A stretch of 64,000 nt of DNA from NCBI GenBank assembly GCA_035289605.1, contig DATDWR010000012.1, forward strand, positions 4,792-68,791, written 5' to 3'. The translations under genes and the position numbers were made by a program. The notes under the pieces were generated by a model. The model was not told where the DNA came from and did no database searches. It saw only the letters and a list, made by a program, of their open reading frames with translations. Of this stretch, positions 37,232 to 45,161 are shown piece by piece; positions within the stretch are counted from its first letter, which is position 1; each line of letters begins with the position of its first letter. Origin of the DNA: Candidatus Nanoarchaeia archaeon. GTDB lineage: Archaea > Nanobdellota > Nanobdellia > SCGC-AAA011-G17 > GW2011-AR18.

Positions 37232-39175
37232 ATGCGTAAAAAGAGGTTTGTAGCTTTATTTCTAGTAGTATTAATCTTAAGCATGAATTTTTCAGCTGCT
37301 GAAGAGCAGGTTAATGATTATAATAGTTTTAGCACATTGGATTTTGATTTTAGCATTAATGGAGGCTTTACTCTGGAAGCAACCAGCGACAGGTCAAAGA
37401 TTAGTGAAGTTACATCTTATCTTACATTTTTTCCTAGGGAGGATACTCTTCAAGAGATCAAAGATCTAAATTTTAATTCTAAGCCTTTGGGCACTATAAG
37501 TAAAAATACTGATGAAGTAGTATTTAACTGGGCGTCTCCAAAGCCTGGTGCTTTTGAAATCTCAGTTGATTCAAAAATTAAGATTCATAATGCTATGATG
37601 ACTGTTGATAAGAAAATTGACTTTCCCTTGAAGAATGTTGAGACTTTTTACACCCAGCCTACTGAGTTCATTGACATTACTGACGAGATCAGGGCAAAAG
37701 CTGATGAGATAGCTAATGGCGAGGATGATCTTTATGTTGTTTCCTTCAAGATTGCTGACTGGATCCAGGAGAATGTTAAATATGATTTGACTACTTTGAC
37801 TGCAGATGTTGTCCAGAAGTCCAGCTGGGTTCTCAAGAATAGGGAGGGTGTTTGTGATGAATTGACTAACTTGTTTATCTCGATGATGCGCTCTCTTGGT
37901 GTTCCTGCAAGGTACGTTTCTGGAATTGCTTACACTAATGTTGGCTACAAGTTCGGCCCTCATGCATGGGCTGAAGTTTACTTTCCTGACAAGGGATGGG
38001 TTCCTTTTGATATAACTTACAAGCAGTTCGGCTGGGTCGATCCTAGCCACATAAAGCTGAAAGTCAGTGCAGATTCTGGCGATCCTACAATAAGGTACAC
38101 TTGGAAGTCTATTGATACAAACATCAAGGGAAAAAGAATTGATATTGATGCTCAGGTGACAAATAAAGGTGATATTATATCGCCTCCTGTTGTTGTAGAA
38201 GTGAATACTCTTGCCAATACTGCAGGCCCTGGAAGTTATATCCCTTTTGAGGTTGTGCTGAAAAATCCGAACAATTATTATTTTCCCATGCTCATAACTG
38301 TTACGAAGGCTAATTCCTTGACTGAAAAGAATTCTAAGGAAGTTTTGCTTAAGCCTGGTGAGACTAAAAGAGTTTACTGGACTTCTGTAGTTCCGAATAA
38401 TTTGGAAACAGGATACATCTACAAGTCAACTTTTGAGGTTGAAGACCAGTTCCACTTCAAGTATGCTACAAACATCAGCTATTCAAAAAATGTTAAGACT
38501 TTGTCAAAGGAAGAGGCTGAAGCTATAATTAAGGAGGAAATGTCTAAATACTATTCTGATGTTCCTTCAATAAATCTTGTGTGTTCCTCAACAAAGTACA
38601 GCTTCGTTTATGAGGCACCGTCTATCATCTGTAAGATAAAAAACAAGTCCTCAAGAAATCTCCAGAATATGAGAATTTGTGTTGAAAAAAACTGCAAGTC
38701 TGTTGCTCTTCAGGATAATGAAGAGAAAGAAATAGAACTAAAGCTTGCAACTCTCAAGGAAGGAATCCATGACTTGGAGGTTTCTGCTGTTGCTGACGGC
38801 TTTACTGACAAGGATATTGTTTCCATTGAAGTTTTGTCAAACCCTGATCTTGTGATAAGTGACATCTTTTATCCTAATGAAGTTGATTATGATACAGAGG
38901 TCCAGTTTGATACTGTGCTTAATGTTAAGGCTCTGGTTAAGGATGTAAGGATATCTGTAAATAATAATGAATTAGTCAAGGTTCAGTCTTTGGAGGGTTC
39001 CAAAAAGGCTTCTTTGAAGTTTAATTCTAAAGAGTTGGTAAATAATGAAGCTGTGAATCTTAGGATAGATTTTAAGGATAAAAATGGAAAGGAGTATTCT
39101 ATAACAAAAGATTATCCTGTAAAAGTCGATAATGTTCCTTTCTTTGTTAAAGTTTTGAAATGGTTCAAGCTTTAA
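37232..39175 (+). CDS. Secreted transglutaminase-like (Cys-His-Asp) protein with C-terminal beta-sandwich repeats
   Basis: Signal peptide MRKKRFVALFLVVLILSMNFSAA. Catalytic core REGVCDELTNLF...GPHAWAEVYFPDKGWVPFDIT. Confidence 0.8.
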   Translation: MRKKRFVALFLVVLILSMNFSAAEEQVNDYNSFSTLDFDFSINGGFTLEATSDRSKISEVTSYLTFFPREDTLQEIKDLNFNSKPLGTISKNTDEVVFNWASPKPGAFEISVDSKIKIHNAMMTVDKKIDFPLKNVETFYTQPTEFIDITDEIRAKADEIANGEDDLYVVSFKIADWIQENVKYDLTTLTADVVQKSSWVLKNREGVCDELTNLFISMMRSLGVPARYVSGIAYTNVGYKFGPHAWAEVYFPDKGWVPFDITYKQFGWVDPSHIKLKVSADSGDPTIRYTWKSIDTNIKGKRIDIDAQVTNKGDIISPPVVVEVNTLANTAGPGSYIPFEVVLKNPNNYYFPMLITVTKANSLTEKNSKEVLLKPGETKRVYWTSVVPNNLETGYIYKSTFEVEDQFHFKYATNISYSKNVKTLSKEEAEAIIKEEMSKYYSDVPSINLVCSSTKYSFVYEAPSIICKIKNKSSRNLQNMRICVEKNCKSVALQDNEEKEIELKLATLKEGIHDLEVSAVADGFTDKDIVSIEVLSNPDLVISDIFYPNEVDYDTEVQFDTVLNVKALVKDVRISVNNNELVKVQSLEGSKKASLKFNSKELVNNEAVNLRIDFKDKNGKEYSITKDYPVKVDNVPFFVKVLKWFKL

Positions 39176-39211
39176 GTAAATTTTATTAACTTTTCTAAAA
39201 TTAGTTAATGT

Positions 39212-39793
39212 ATGAATAGAAAAATTCCTCCTGGACAGCATTTGACTCATGTTAGCATGTTTATACATAAAGATCCGGCAATGGCAGCTATAGAAGAAGG
39301 AAGAGGTTTAGATACTGTAGCGTTCAATGAATTGGAAAGAATTGCTCACCAAGCTTATGAGGGCAGAGAGTCAAAACCTTATAGAGACTATTTGGATACA
39401 GAACCTGTATACCAGGCTGCATTTAAAGAGGCGTATACACATCCTGATAATGAAAGGATCGGAAGATTTGATTTATGTGCTAGAGATTTAAAATTAAGAA
39501 TTCCTAGAATTGCTAAAAATCCTGCTATAAAATTTAATTTAATGCTTAAGATAATGATGGATGAAGCGCTATTAAAACTGAGAACACTAAGAGGTAGGCA
39601 GGGGCTGATTATAGATGATGTAGCAGAAGTACTGAGAGCTTATCAAGAAGCAGGAAGATACTATGTTCAAAATGTCCAGAATGATGCTGCAAATGCACAA
39701 ATATATCAAGCATATGTGCCATTAAAGAGAACTGCTGATCTATTGGGCAGAATACAGAGAGATACAAGAGAACTATTGCCAAAAACAAGATAA
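39212..39793 (+). CDS. Hypothetical protein (193 aa); core member of the dispersed orphan family
   Basis: EPVYQA, IGRFDLCARDLKLRIPRIAKNPAIKFNLML and LRTLRGRQG. Its stop lies 6 nt from the tRNA-Arg 3' end. Confidence 0.65.
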   Translation: MNRKIPPGQHLTHVSMFIHKDPAMAAIEEGRGLDTVAFNELERIAHQAYEGRESKPYRDYLDTEPVYQAAFKEAYTHPDNERIGRFDLCARDLKLRIPRIAKNPAIKFNLMLKIMMDEALLKLRTLRGRQGLIIDDVAEVLRAYQEAGRYYVQNVQNDAANAQIYQAYVPLKRTADLLGRIQRDTRELLPKTR

Positions 39794-39799
39794 AAGTAG

Positions 39800-39924
39800 T
39801 GAGCCCAGAGGGATTCGAACCCTCATCTTTTGGTTACTTCTAAATCATCCAAAGCAAAAATGCTTTTTGTCATCGAAGTTTTTCTATCCGAAGCCAAAAA
39901 TTCTGTCCATTATACTATAGGCCC
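39800..39924 (-). tRNA. tRNA-Arg(UCG) with a 53-nt intron at 37/38 (39835-39887)
   Basis: Acceptor GGGCCTA/TGGGCTC (two G-U pairs) plus A73; anticodon stem TTTGG/CCAAA; loop CT-TCG-G[intron]A; T arm GAGGG-TTCGAAT-CCCTC. BHB helix CUUC/GAAG pairs 4 of 4. The D stem is weak. Confidence 0.8.
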
Positions 39925-39979
39925 AGTTTTCTAGCAATTGTAGTAAATAAAAAACTTTTTATATTATATAAACCAATAA

Positions 39980-40483
39980 TTGGCTATGATAAAAAAAGAA
40001 TTAGTAATTTTATTCATAATTTTATTGTCTATTCCTACTGTATTTGCATATAAAAAAGAATCTTGTATTATATCAGGCTCAGCTTCAGATTGTCCTGAAT
40101 GTACGGTTTATAATCTTAAGGACAAGAATCTTGTTTGTGCTTCTGAAGATTCTGGCTTGATATCTAAGCCTTCTTTGACTTTGGAAAGATTCAATGATAA
40201 TATGGTTAAGATTAATCTGGCTGACGGAGAAGAAACTGCGCAGCTTACCTTAACTACTGTTGATGATAGCGGACTGGAAAAGCCTAAGCTTGATGTTTTT
40301 CTTGACGTGAAGAATCTTGAGAAGATTCCTTATTCTGTTGATGCTTCTTTTAATAATTGGAATGTCTATCCTCTTCTTTTAGCCTTGATTGCTGTTTTTG
40401 CAGTTATTGTATTAATACTAAAGGACATGTCCTCTCCTAGAAGAAGAAGCTTTCATAGCAGAAGAAAACATAAGAAATCATAG
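39980..40483 (+). CDS. Small exported, C-terminally anchored protein (167 aa)
   Basis: N-terminal signal/TM segment, C-terminal TM (LLLALIAVFAVIVLIL) and a basic tail RRRSFHSRRKHKKS. Confidence 0.6.
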   Translation: MAMIKKELVILFIILLSIPTVFAYKKESCIISGSASDCPECTVYNLKDKNLVCASEDSGLISKPSLTLERFNDNMVKINLADGEETAQLTLTTVDDSGLEKPKLDVFLDVKNLEKIPYSVDASFNNWNVYPLLLALIAVFAVIVLILKDMSSPRRRSFHSRRKHKKS

Positions 40484-40819
40484 CATTATCCTTGGCTTTG
40501 CCTCTCCATATTCACTAAAATTATTTTTCTCTTCGTACCTAAATCTTAGAGGATTAAATCCGTCTCTTTTTTTCATTGTGCATAAGTTTCCATAGTGTCT
40601 TAAGTAATGTTCTTCTCTGCTCACTCCAAAACTTGGCTCTGCTATTATTCCAAGCCTAAGCCTGGCAGACGACCTGCCTTGTGTTTCAAATGAGACAAAT
40701 TCAATACCTTCAATTTTTATTGTTGATGAAGGTGAAGATGATAGTCTTTGTGTTATATCTTGTTCAGAAGTTATGAATCTGCATAGCAGGACCCTATCAT
40801 CCATATACATGGCAATCAC
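40478..40819 (-). CDS. Hypothetical protein (113 aa, GTG or downstream ATG start); possible truncated orphan-family member
   Basis: ORF with LLCRFITS near the N-terminus. It overlaps the stop of the 39980 gene. Confidence 0.45.
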   Translation of the reverse strand: MIAMYMDDRVLLCRFITSEQDITQRLSSSPSSTIKIEGIEFVSFETQGRSSARLRLGIIAEPSFGVSREEHYLRHYGNLCTMKKRDGFNPLRFRYEEKNNFSEYGEAKPRIML

Positions 40820-41052
40820 TTTTATTGCAGCTATTATGTCTCTCGGTGTTTGTTGTTTATAGATTAGTATTCTTCTGTCGAGAGACCTTTTCGGATTTAT
40901 TACTAAAATAATAATCTAAAAAAACGGCTTTGTTTAATAAGTGCTCAAAAATAGCCTCAATTAAATTTTTTTCCCAGTCATAACATTAGAATAACATCAA
41001 AGATTTTACTTTTTACACAAAGCCTAAAAAAACAAATAGTTTATAAGTTTAG

Positions 41053-41138
41053 CGAGCCCGGCAGGATTCGAACCTGCACCCATCGGTTTCAACTTTTAAA
41101 TCCGTAGCCGATGATTCTATCCGTTAAACTACGAGCCC
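41053..41138 (-). tRNA. tRNA-Arg(ACG) with a 14-nt intron at 37/38 (41088-41101)
   Basis: Acceptor GGGCTCG/CGGGCTC plus G73; D arm GTTT-AACGGATA-GAAT; anticodon stem ATCGG/CCGAT; loop CT-ACG-G[intron]A; T arm GCAGG-TTCGAAT-CCTGC. Confidence 0.8.
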
Positions 41139-41215
41139 ATTATAATTTTTATTCGCTGTGAATTTATAATGGTTTTCATAAGCTTTTTAAGTTAATGAAA
41201 AACTTATTTTTATAT

Positions 41216-41371
41216 GGGAGCGTGGTGAAACCTGGCTATCATTGCTGGCTCCAAATTTATGGAGCGATGAGCTACAGAATACGTAGTGATGAATTAAAAA
41301 AATGGTCTGTTGAAGTTTATTTGCTTCAATGAAGAGACCAGCCGTTTAGGGTTCAAATCCCTACGTTCCCA
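41216..41371 (+). tRNA. tRNA-Trp(CCA) with an 82-nt intron at 37/38 (41255-41336)
   Basis: Acceptor GGGAGCG/CGTTCCC plus A73; D arm GTGA-AACCTGGCTA-TCAT; anticodon stem GCTGG/CCAGC; loop CT-CCA-A[intron]A; T arm TAGGG-TTCAAAT-CCCTA. Confidence 0.9.
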
Positions 41372-41488
41372 TTTTCTTAAATTAAATTTATAATAAAGCT
41401 CTAGTAAACAATTCTTACTTCATTATAATATCATAATGTTACCACTCACCGAAAGGTATATATACATGTCTGCTCCACTCTTAACTTC

Positions 41489-43690
41489 ATGAAAAGCAAA
41501 TTCACAGCTTTGATTTTGATGCTTACTTTGTTGCTGCCTTCTTCAGTTCTTAGTATTCAAAACACTAATAATGATGATGTTAGCCTGGATACTGCTACAG
41601 ACCAGTTTACTGATGATCAGGACATAACATGCATTCTTAACGGTGTTTCTGGTCCTGCAACTGATGATTACAAGTTTTACTGGCTTGTTAATGGCGTTAG
41701 AAAAGATCAGGGACTTGCAGACCAAACCGTATTGCCTGCAAGCTTAAGCAATGTTAATGACCAGGTTGCTTGCATGGTTGTCGACTTTGATTTCAGTGTT
41801 CAGGGCATAGAAGTTGTAATTATACAGGCAGCACAGCAAAACCAAGTGCCAGTTGTAACCCTCCAGAATATATATGTTGCAAAAAATGGAGTTCAAGTAA
41901 TAAACCTAAATAATTTTGTAGCAGATGACACAACACCTGCAGCACAAATAATATGGGTATCAGCAGGAAATATAAATACACAAATAACAATAGACCAGAA
42001 CAATGTCGCAACAATAATGCCTGGCCGTGACTTTTCAGGAAAAGAGCAGGTGACATTCACTGCAACAGACAGAGAAGGTCTTGCTGGAAGTGATACTTTA
42101 AATATAATTGTATATGAAATAGAACAGTTGCTTGCATTCAGGAACGGATTTGTAGAGCAGACAGACAGCTTCTACAGAGGAGAAAGAATATATCTTGGGT
42201 TCCAAGTAAATGCAGGGAATGAAGGATTAGAAGGAATAGATCCTGCGAGAATGAGTGTTATACTAGAAGATCCAGGAAATATCTTGCTAAACTTTCAAGA
42301 ATTCACAGGAAGCATAGATGGATTTTTTGTAATTAATGGAGAAGAATGCAGAAGAAGCCTGACAGACCCATTCTGCGCAAATGACCATCCTGGTGTATAT
42401 TATTATGTCTCAGATAATGCCTTGTCATTAGATGATTCTGTTTTAGGAGAAAAAGAAATAGAAGTAAGGGTTATAGATTCTGAAATGAATAAGCAAGTAA
42501 ATGTCTTGAACAATAACCCTCAGGTAGATCTCGGAAATGACTTTTCCATACAGCCGGGAGAAGAATTCAGCTATAATGCACTTTCAGTAGTAGAGGATAT
42601 AGAAGACAATGATGCACAACTATTATATGCATGGGATTTTGACAATGATGGAGTAATAGACAGCAACCAGGCTGAAGGAATGTTTGTATATGATGCAGAA
42701 GGAGTATACACGCTAAGGTTGACTGTAACAGACACTGATGCTGGTCGAGGAACAGACACAATAATTGTGAATGTGGGAAACGAATTCCCTATAGCAAATG
42801 CAGGACCAGACAGGACAGCAGCTGTAAATGAACAATTACAATTTGATGGATCTTTGAGCAGTGATCCTGACGGGAGAATAGTAGAATATGACTGGAGCTT
42901 TGGAGATGGAACAGGATCAAGAGATATAAGCCCGGCACATTCATATTCACAAGAAGGACAATATAGAGTATTATTAACTGTAACAGACAACAACAGGGCA
43001 TTCAGTTTTGATGAAGCAATAATTACTGTAAGTTCAGATGTCGCTCCTAATCAGCATCCTATTGCTAATGCAGGTGAGGACAAGAAGACTGGAGTGTTGA
43101 TGAGTATAAATTTTGATGGATCTTTGAGCAGTGATCCTGACGGGAGAATAGTAGAATATGACTGGAGCTTTGGAGATGGATTTTCAGCTTCTGGTCCTCA
43201 AGTTTCACATAGTTATAATAGGGAAGGAACATTCACAGTTACTCTTACTGTTACAGATAATGACGGATCTCAAGACACTGATACTTTATTTGTAGTAGTT
43301 GACAGTTCTGAGAATAGGGGTGGAGATAGAGACAAGAGATCTGATGTTTTTTCAGGTCATAAAGAGATTCATGATATTAATTTAGGAAATATTAGGGATC
43401 TTAGCGGCAAGTCTGTTTTCAAGCAAGGTGAAGTTGCAAGATTATTAATTAGATTAAATAACCAAGGTGATTTCGACGAGAGGGGAATGCAGCTTAAAGT
43501 TTATGCACCTGGTTTAGGAATTTATAATTTTGTGAATAATATTAATCTTGATGTAAGCCAGGTTAAGGTTGTTCAGGCTGATTTGGTAATTCCTGCTAGT
43601 GCAAAGAAAGGTGCTCATCTTGCTAAGTTGACTCTTAAGAATGCAAAAGGAAATCATAAGGAGGCTTATTGGCAGTTTATAGTGGTTTAA
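41489..43690 (+). CDS. Secreted PKD-repeat protein (733 aa)
   Basis: Signal peptide, three PKD-like units (YAWDFDNDG...TVTDTD, EYDWSFGDG...TVTDNN, EYDWSFGDG...TVTDND) and a CARDB-like C-terminus. Confidence 0.85.
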   Translation: MKSKFTALILMLTLLLPSSVLSIQNTNNDDVSLDTATDQFTDDQDITCILNGVSGPATDDYKFYWLVNGVRKDQGLADQTVLPASLSNVNDQVACMVVDFDFSVQGIEVVIIQAAQQNQVPVVTLQNIYVAKNGVQVINLNNFVADDTTPAAQIIWVSAGNINTQITIDQNNVATIMPGRDFSGKEQVTFTATDREGLAGSDTLNIIVYEIEQLLAFRNGFVEQTDSFYRGERIYLGFQVNAGNEGLEGIDPARMSVILEDPGNILLNFQEFTGSIDGFFVINGEECRRSLTDPFCANDHPGVYYYVSDNALSLDDSVLGEKEIEVRVIDSEMNKQVNVLNNNPQVDLGNDFSIQPGEEFSYNALSVVEDIEDNDAQLLYAWDFDNDGVIDSNQAEGMFVYDAEGVYTLRLTVTDTDAGRGTDTIIVNVGNEFPIANAGPDRTAAVNEQLQFDGSLSSDPDGRIVEYDWSFGDGTGSRDISPAHSYSQEGQYRVLLTVTDNNRAFSFDEAIITVSSDVAPNQHPIANAGEDKKTGVLMSINFDGSLSSDPDGRIVEYDWSFGDGFSASGPQVSHSYNREGTFTVTLTVTDNDGSQDTDTLFVVVDSSENRGGDRDKRSDVFSGHKEIHDINLGNIRDLSGKSVFKQGEVARLLIRLNNQGDFDERGMQLKVYAPGLGIYNFVNNINLDVSQVKVVQADLVIPASAKKGAHLAKLTLKNAKGNHKEAYWQFIVV
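42842..42910 (+). repeat. 69-nt perfect intragenic repeat, copy 1 (PKD unit)
   Basis: Identical to 43112-43180. Encodes FDGSLSSDPDGRIVEYDWSFGDG. Confidence 0.9.
43112..43180 (+). repeat. 69-nt perfect intragenic repeat, copy 2 (PKD unit)
   Basis: Identical to 42842-42910. The offset is 270 nt, or 90 codons. Confidence 0.9.
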
Positions 43691-43771
43691 TTGCAACTAC
43701 CAAAAAGTTTATAAATAAGTGTCTACTACACAATGATAACATTTTCAAATAATATTTATGGGAGGAAAAAA

Positions 43772-45139
43772 ATGAAAAGTTTAAGATTGTTCGCATCTGC
43801 ATTTTTGGCAGTTCTAATGCTAGTGTCTAGCGTAGCAGCAGCACATGATCCTAGAGGTCAGTTGTTCGGCCATTTCGGTGATGTGTTTGGCAATGCACAA
43901 GCTAATGTTCCAGATTTTTTTATAGAAAAAGTTGAAGTTGACGGCACTCCAGCAAGCACTTCTGGTGCTATTTTTGTTGAGAGAGGATCAACTGTTTATG
44001 TTGATGTTTGGTTAAGAGGAAATAATGTATTCAGAAATTGCAGGGATAATAATGCAAGATCATGCTATGATGTTAAGGTTAAGGCATTCATAGGTGGTTA
44101 TGAATATGGTGATGTTGAAGATTCTACAAGCTCTTTTGAGGTAGAACCTGGTGTTAGATATCATAAAACACTAAGATTGGTTATACCAGAAGATATAGAT
44201 GCTTCAGATGATTATACTTTAAGAGTTGAGGCTTTTGATGATGATCAAAGCACAGATGACAGCTCATCTACTAGAATAGCTTACAAGCTAAGATTGCAGG
44301 AAGCTAGGCATAGTGTGAGTGTATTTGATGTATTGTTCAATCCTTCAGCTAGTGTTCAGGCAGGCCAGCCTTTGTTCGCAACTGTCAGGGTTGAGAACCT
44401 TGGTGACAATATTGAAGACAGTGTAAGAGTTAGTGTCAGCATTCCGGCTCTTGGTGTTCAAGTTCAAGAATATGTTGATGAGCTTGAAACAAACCAGAAC
44501 GAGAGGGAAGATGACATTAATGATGCAGCAACTACTAATGATCTTGTCTTGATGATACCTGAAAGCGCTAAAGAAGGCGACTATGATGTTGTTGTAAGAC
44601 TTGACTACAACAGGTTCCACAGCTTTGAAGAGCAGAAGTACAGCCTTCATGTTGTAGCTTTGCCTCAAGTTGCTGTTGGTACTGCACAGGTTAATGTTGA
44701 TACTCTTGGACATAAGGTTAGTGCTGGACAGGGAGCTGTTTACAAGTTCACTGTTGCTAATCTAGCAAGCCAAGCTCAGTCATACACTGTAGAGGTTGTT
44801 GGAGCTAGCGATTGGGCAACTACTAGGGTTGACCCTATGGTTCTGAACGTTCAGCCAAACTCTGTTGGCGAAGTTAATATATATGTATCACCTAAAGAAG
44901 GTGTTACAGGTGGAAAGAACTTTGCTGTAAGGGTCAAGAGCGGAAACAGCCTTGTAGCAGAAAAGAATTTAAGTCTTGAGGTTACTCCAGCTTTAAAAGG
45001 CAGCGACAGCGTCAAGAAAGTATTGACAATAGTATTCATAGTATTGTTGTTGGTTCTTGTATTGCTTGTGGTTGTCTTGCTTATCAAGAAGCTTACAGAA
45101 GACAAGGAAGAAGGAGTAGAGGGAAAGACCTATTACTAA
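43772..45139 (+). CDS. Exported, C-terminally anchored surface (S-layer-like, CARDB/NEW3-type beta-sandwich) protein
   Basis: GGAGG ribosome-binding site before the ATG at 43772. Signal peptide MKSLRLFASAFLAVLMLVSSVAAA, a C-terminal TM (IVFIVLLLVLVLLVVVLLI) and a short charged tail. Confidence 0.7.
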   Translation: MKSLRLFASAFLAVLMLVSSVAAAHDPRGQLFGHFGDVFGNAQANVPDFFIEKVEVDGTPASTSGAIFVERGSTVYVDVWLRGNNVFRNCRDNNARSCYDVKVKAFIGGYEYGDVEDSTSSFEVEPGVRYHKTLRLVIPEDIDASDDYTLRVEAFDDDQSTDDSSSTRIAYKLRLQEARHSVSVFDVLFNPSASVQAGQPLFATVRVENLGDNIEDSVRVSVSIPALGVQVQEYVDELETNQNEREDDINDAATTNDLVLMIPESAKEGDYDVVVRLDYNRFHSFEEQKYSLHVVALPQVAVGTAQVNVDTLGHKVSAGQGAVYKFTVANLASQAQSYTVEVVGASDWATTRVDPMVLNVQPNSVGEVNIYVSPKEGVTGGKNFAVRVKSGNSLVAEKNLSLEVTPALKGSDSVKKVLTIVFIVLLLVLVLLVVVLLIKKLTEDKEEGVEGKTYY

Positions 45140-45161
45140 AAAAAGATGAAAGGTGATATGA

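Noticed and set aside
39794-41216. Integrated mobile element or provirus bounded by the two tRNA-Arg genes.
   Set aside because: There is no integrase, no direct repeat of a tRNA 3' end, and no phage-like or plasmid-like genes. The content is one small exported protein and one orphan ORF.
42842-43180. Diversity-generating retroelement (template/variable repeat pair) acting on the PKD surface protein.
   Set aside because: The two 69-nt copies are identical, with no adenine-specific mismatches. Both lie inside the coding repeats. No reverse transcriptase gene is present in the window.
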